The notes below the pieces were generated by a model, which saw only the letters and a program-made list of their open reading frames with translations, did no database searches and was not told the origin of the DNA. Below are positions 59,951-64,000 of a stretch of 64,000 nucleotides of DNA, piece after piece. The DNA comes from the human T2T-CHM13v2.0 reference genome, Homo sapiens, in NCBI RefSeq assembly GCF_009914755.1, contig NC_060931.1. One strand, 5' to 3'. Every line of letters starts with the position of its first letter. Position 1 is the first letter of the stretch. Both the position numbers and the translations under genes were made by a program.

Positions 59951-61084
59951 CAATAAAATTAGAATTGATAAAAAGTAAAACTTTAGGCATATTGATAGTT
60001 GTGGAGCTCCACAAGCAATCCCAAAATACTGCATACTATTTTCACTTACCTTTACTATGTTCCACTGGGAGATTTCTTACATTAATTCCCAGATTGTCGG
60101 TTGAGACCAAATTATATTTGTTTGGTTAGAGAATTTGACAAGCACATAAATAATTCAAAATATTTCAGTTAATAGCATAGCAATGTATAAAGAATTATGA
60201 GGCCAAAAGAAGAAAGATCATATTTTATTGAGCCTAGAAAAGTACACACAGTAGTTATACAATATCTTACAAATCAATACTGGGGAGATCAGGAAAGACT
60301 CATGATAAAGCAATGGTGTTAGCACCACATCAGTATGTTCCAAAAATTCCTGGCAACTCTGGAATGGAAATGTGGTTTGGATTGTGGTGTTGAGATCAGT
60401 TACACTGAAAGACAGAGAATCAAATGATCCTAAGGATCTAGAATTACAAATAAAAAATTCTAACTAGCATTTGGAGAAATACAGGATTTTAAAATCCAAA
60501 TGAATAGGGAATTCCAAGCAAACCCAACCTACTGAGGGCTAATATTAAATACTAAAAAAGGATATTATAACAGAGGAAGTTGAAGAATTGTAAAAATCTC
60601 AGAAAATTATTTATAGACTGGGCAGGGTAGAAACTGATGCTAGAACTGTGTCCGGAATTGGTGGGTTCTTGGTCTCACTGACTTCAAGAATGAAGCTGTG
60701 GACCCTCGCGGTGAGTGTTACAGTTAAGGCGGCGTGTCCGGAGTTTGTGCCTTCTGATGTTCGGATGTGTTTGGAGTTTCTTCCTTCTGGTGGGTTCGTG
60801 GTCTCGCTGGCTCAGGAGTGAAGCTGCAGACCTTCGCAGTGGGTGTTATAGCTCTTAAGGAAGCACATCTGGAGTTGTTCGTTCCTCCTGGTGGTTCCTG
60901 GTCTGGCTGGCCTCAGGAGAGAAGCTGCAGACCTTAGTGGTGAGTGTTACAGCTCATAATGGCAGTGTGGACCCAGAGAGTGAGCAGCACCAAGACTTAC
61001 TGCAAAGAGCAAAAGAACAAAACTTCCACAGCGTGGAAGGGGACCCGAGCGGGTTGCCATTGCTGGCTCCTGGAGCCTGCTTTT

Positions 61085-61335
61085 AGTCTCTTATCTGGCC
61101 CCACCCACATCCTGCTGATTGGTCCATTTTACAGAGAGCTGATTGGTCCGTTTTGACAGGGTGCAGATAGGTGTATTTACAATCCCTTAGCTAGAGGTAA
61201 AGGTTCTCCAAGTCCCCACCAGAGTAGCTAGATACAGAGTATCCATTGGTGCATTCACAAACCCTGAGCTAGACACAGGGTGCTGATTGGTGTGTTTACA
61301 AACCTTGAGCTAGATACAGAGTGCCCATTGGTGTA
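61085..61335 (-). promoter_or_regulatory. LTR12 proximal promoter: NF-Y CCAAT boxes and GATA site
   Basis: ATTGG at 61118, 61142, 61245, 61286 and 61327; TTATCT at 61091. Confidence 0.65.
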
Positions 61336-61399
61336 TTTACAATCCCTTAGACATAAAGGTTCTCCAAGTCCCCACCAGACTCAGGAGCCCAGCTAGCTT

Positions 61400-61960
61400 C
61401 ACCCAGTGGATCCCGCACCGGGGCCGCAGGTGGAGCTGCGTGCCAGTCCCGCGCCCTGTGCCGGCACTCCTCAGCCGTTGGGTGGTCGATGGGACTGGGC
61501 GCCTTGGAGCAGGGGGCGGCGCTCGTCAGGGAGGCTCCAGCGGCGCAGGAGCCCACGGTGTTAGGGGAGGCTCAGGCATGGCGGGCTGCAGGTCTGGAGC
61601 CCTGCACCGCCGGGAGGCAGCTAAGGCCCGGCAAGAAGTCGAGCACAGCAGCTGCGGGCCCAGGTGCTAAGCCCCTCACTGCCGCGGGCGGGCGGGGCCG
61701 GCCGGCCGCTCCAAGTGCGAGGCCCGCGGAGCCCACGCCCACCCGGAACTCGCGCTGGCCGGCAAGCACCGCGCGCAGCCCCGGTTCCCGCCCGTGCTTC
61801 TCCCTCCACACCACCCCGCAAGCTGAGGGAGCCGGCTCCGGCCTTGGCCAGCCCAGAAAGGGGCTCCCACAGTGCAGCGGCGGGCTGAAGGGCTCCTCAA
61901 GCGCGGCCAGAGTGGGCGCCAAGGCCGAGGAGGCGCCCAGAGCGAGCGAGGGCTGTGAGG
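61400..61960. other. CpG-rich island within LTR12 U3
   Basis: The only extended GC/CpG-dense stretch in the window. Confidence 0.8.
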
Positions 61961-62449
61961 GCTGCCAGCATGCTGTCACCTCTCAGAAAAACGGTTATAT
62001 ACTGAAACTGTAGGAACAGCAAAGAGATTAAAGATCAAGTAAAGAGCAACAAAGGTAAGTAGGAAAACTCTGTTTCATTTCAGGAGAGAACATATGCTCT
62101 GATTGGTTTATTCATTATTTATTTCATTTGTCAATGCACATTGCTGTGCTACTTAGCGGCATACAATAGTTAACTGCATTTAAACAAGATAAATAAGCGA
62201 ATTCTAAAATAAATGAAAATGCAATAAATGCTGTCATTGAATAAGTGTAGAGATTCTGCCAGCACATAGCAACAGGATATCAAGTTGGGTCTAAGAAAAA
62301 AACCCACAGGTATTGATATTTAAAACGATGTTTGAAATATAAAACCTAGGAAAGGGAGGGGAGTGAAAACAAGTGCATTGAAGTTAGTATAATCATGGAG
62401 GCAAGCAGGCAAGTTGGAGTTCAGCATACTGAACACCCTATGCAGCAGA

Positions 62450-62630
62450 AGTCAAGCGCAGCTGATTCTGAAAATTACCTGGAACATATTTAGATACACA
62501 GACTCTAGGATTTCTTATTTTTAATGTTCAGAATTGGTGTCTTGGAGAATATACATTTTAATAACCCCCAACCCACCTTTTCTGATGTAGTTAGTCACCT
62601 CCTCAGTGCATAGAACCACACTCTGGAAGT
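62450..62630. mobile_element. MER5-type hAT MITE relic
   Basis: AAATTACCTGGA...TACACAGACTCT...CATTTTAATAACCCCC...GAACCACACTCTGGAAG. Confidence 0.5.
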
Positions 62631-62829
62631 TCCATCATGCAGAAATTAACAATTTAGGGCCAAGCATAAACGGATCAAGGACGGAGTAGCTGTAAAGCTA
62701 AGTCAGTCTGGAACTTTGAGCAGCCAAAGCATAGGAAGGTGAACAGAGCAGGTGTAAGGAGGTCCCTGGGAGCCTCTCCAGTACTGACTGTCAGGCTCAG
62801 GCTGCTTTGTATAAGGTGTCAGTTCTATA

Positions 62830-63250
62830 ACCTGGGTATCAATTAAAATAAGAGCAGATTTTGCAGAAAAGACAATCAATGCCTTTAAGGTGTGTTTTAC
62901 CTGAATGTAACTGGAGGCTATTTCAAATTAGCAGAGGCATAAAAACGGAAAAAATTACAATGGATAAGGACACAGTAGGCTTTTTGAGTATCCAGTTCAA
63001 ATGAATGCAGCTGCAACTGTTTGTGGAGATGCTGACAGGGTGACATGAGTCACTAACTTGCGTGTTTGGGCTAAGTAATAGGGAATGGAAGAATTGACCT
63101 GATTAAAGTTGTATTGCCATTGGAATGTTGGTGTGAGATTAGTTTCGGTCATTTCACTTGTGATGGAATTAACCAGCTGATGTGACTCAGAAGATAGATT
63201 GCATCTCAATGTCTTATAGTTTACACACTAAAGAATTCTTCCTCAGCGCA
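62830..63250 (-). mobile_element. L2 fragment
   Basis: ATTAAAGTTGTATTGCCATTGGAATG...AACCAGCTGATGTGAC degraded L2 motifs. Confidence 0.4.
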
Positions 63251-63430
63251 AGTTCAAGGTGAAATGCCTTCTTAGTCTATAGCTGCAAGCATGACTTGTT
63301 TAACTTAGAAGAAACGTATGGAATTGATACCTTTTTTATTACCATGTGTAATATGCAATGTGGTTTGACTGGGGCCATTTAAATCATCTGTTCCCTTCAC
63401 ATAACGACCTTTGATTGGGGGCAATCAACT

Positions 63431-63511
63431 TATTGTGGTGCAAAAGTCATCGCGGTTTTTGCCATTACTTTTAATGACAAAAACCGCGATGACTTTTGCA
63501 CCAACCTAATA
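63431..63511. mobile_element. MADE1 mariner MITE (miR-548-type hairpin)
   Basis: 80-bp palindrome TGGTGCAAAAGTCATCGCGGTTTTTGCCATTA-CTTT-TAATGACAAAAACCGCGATGACTTTTGCACCAACCTAATA. Confidence 0.95.
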
Positions 63512-64000
63512 CCTAAGCAGAATAACTATTATGAAACCATGTTTGTACTTGTATTGTCAAATTCTGTTGCTTCAGTGGGTTTTCTTCAAGTAATTTTTCT
63601 TTAAAAATAAAGCTATTTGACAGTTTTTCTCAAGGACCATGTCTATATAGGCAATGGAAACTGGAGAACTGGACTACTATCCACTGAATATAATAAATCA
63701 TAAGTCAAGGCCAGCTCTATGCAAATTGAACAATTTGTCCATGTTTCTCCATGAAGCCCCTGATCTCCTCTTAAACAAAGAGCCCACTATTTTAGTGGAA
63801 GGTCTCTTTTATCTTTAATCAAAACTGATTTCACTGAGCCCCAAACTATCCAAGGATATTATATTTAAAAAAGAAATAAAGTGTTAAAAATTACAAGATA
63901 ATTATTTGCATTTTAACTAAAATAAAGTGTGAGAATGTAGGTACATTTTAACCTGCTAGAAAGTGGTTTGAGTGGTCAGATTTTGCCTGAATAATTTGCC

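Larger units (their letters stand above)
60647..61985 (-). mobile_element. LTR12C-type (ERV9) solo LTR
   Basis: TGTGTCCGGAATTGGTGGGTTCTTGG...GCTGTCACCTCTCA; U3 repeats with CCAAT boxes; flanks GAAC/GAAA. Confidence 0.95.

Noticed and set aside
61347-62013. Multiple GC-rich ORFs up to 174 aa
   Set aside because: All lie in the GC-rich U3 of LTR12, where stops are rare by composition

Overview
Primate (human-like) AT-rich genomic DNA dominated by interspersed repeats; no protein-coding gene can be confidently called. Main content: a decayed old L1P on the minus strand (~3.8-9.7 kb); a near full-length L1PA5-like element on the plus strand (23154-28775) whose 5'UTR lacks exactly the known L1 5'UTR intron, so it is a retrotransposed spliced L1 RNA (SpIRE-type), and which carries a tiny nested younger L1 3' end; a twin-primed L1PA 3' fragment; a two-LTR MER61-like ERV1 non-autonomous provirus (50887-57044) with a THE1 LTR and an Alu nested in it; solo LTR12C, MER41A, MaLR and other LTRs; eight Alus; DNA-transposon relics (Tigger1, Tigger2a, MER53, MER5, MADE1); L2/MIR/L3/L1M fossils; and several local tandem or inverted repeats. 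Nearly all ORFs in the track derive from repeats. A few plus-strand exon-like segments in non-repeat DNA are reported as weak candidates only. I found no novel biological system. Subfamily names come from recalled consensus sequences, not from a search.
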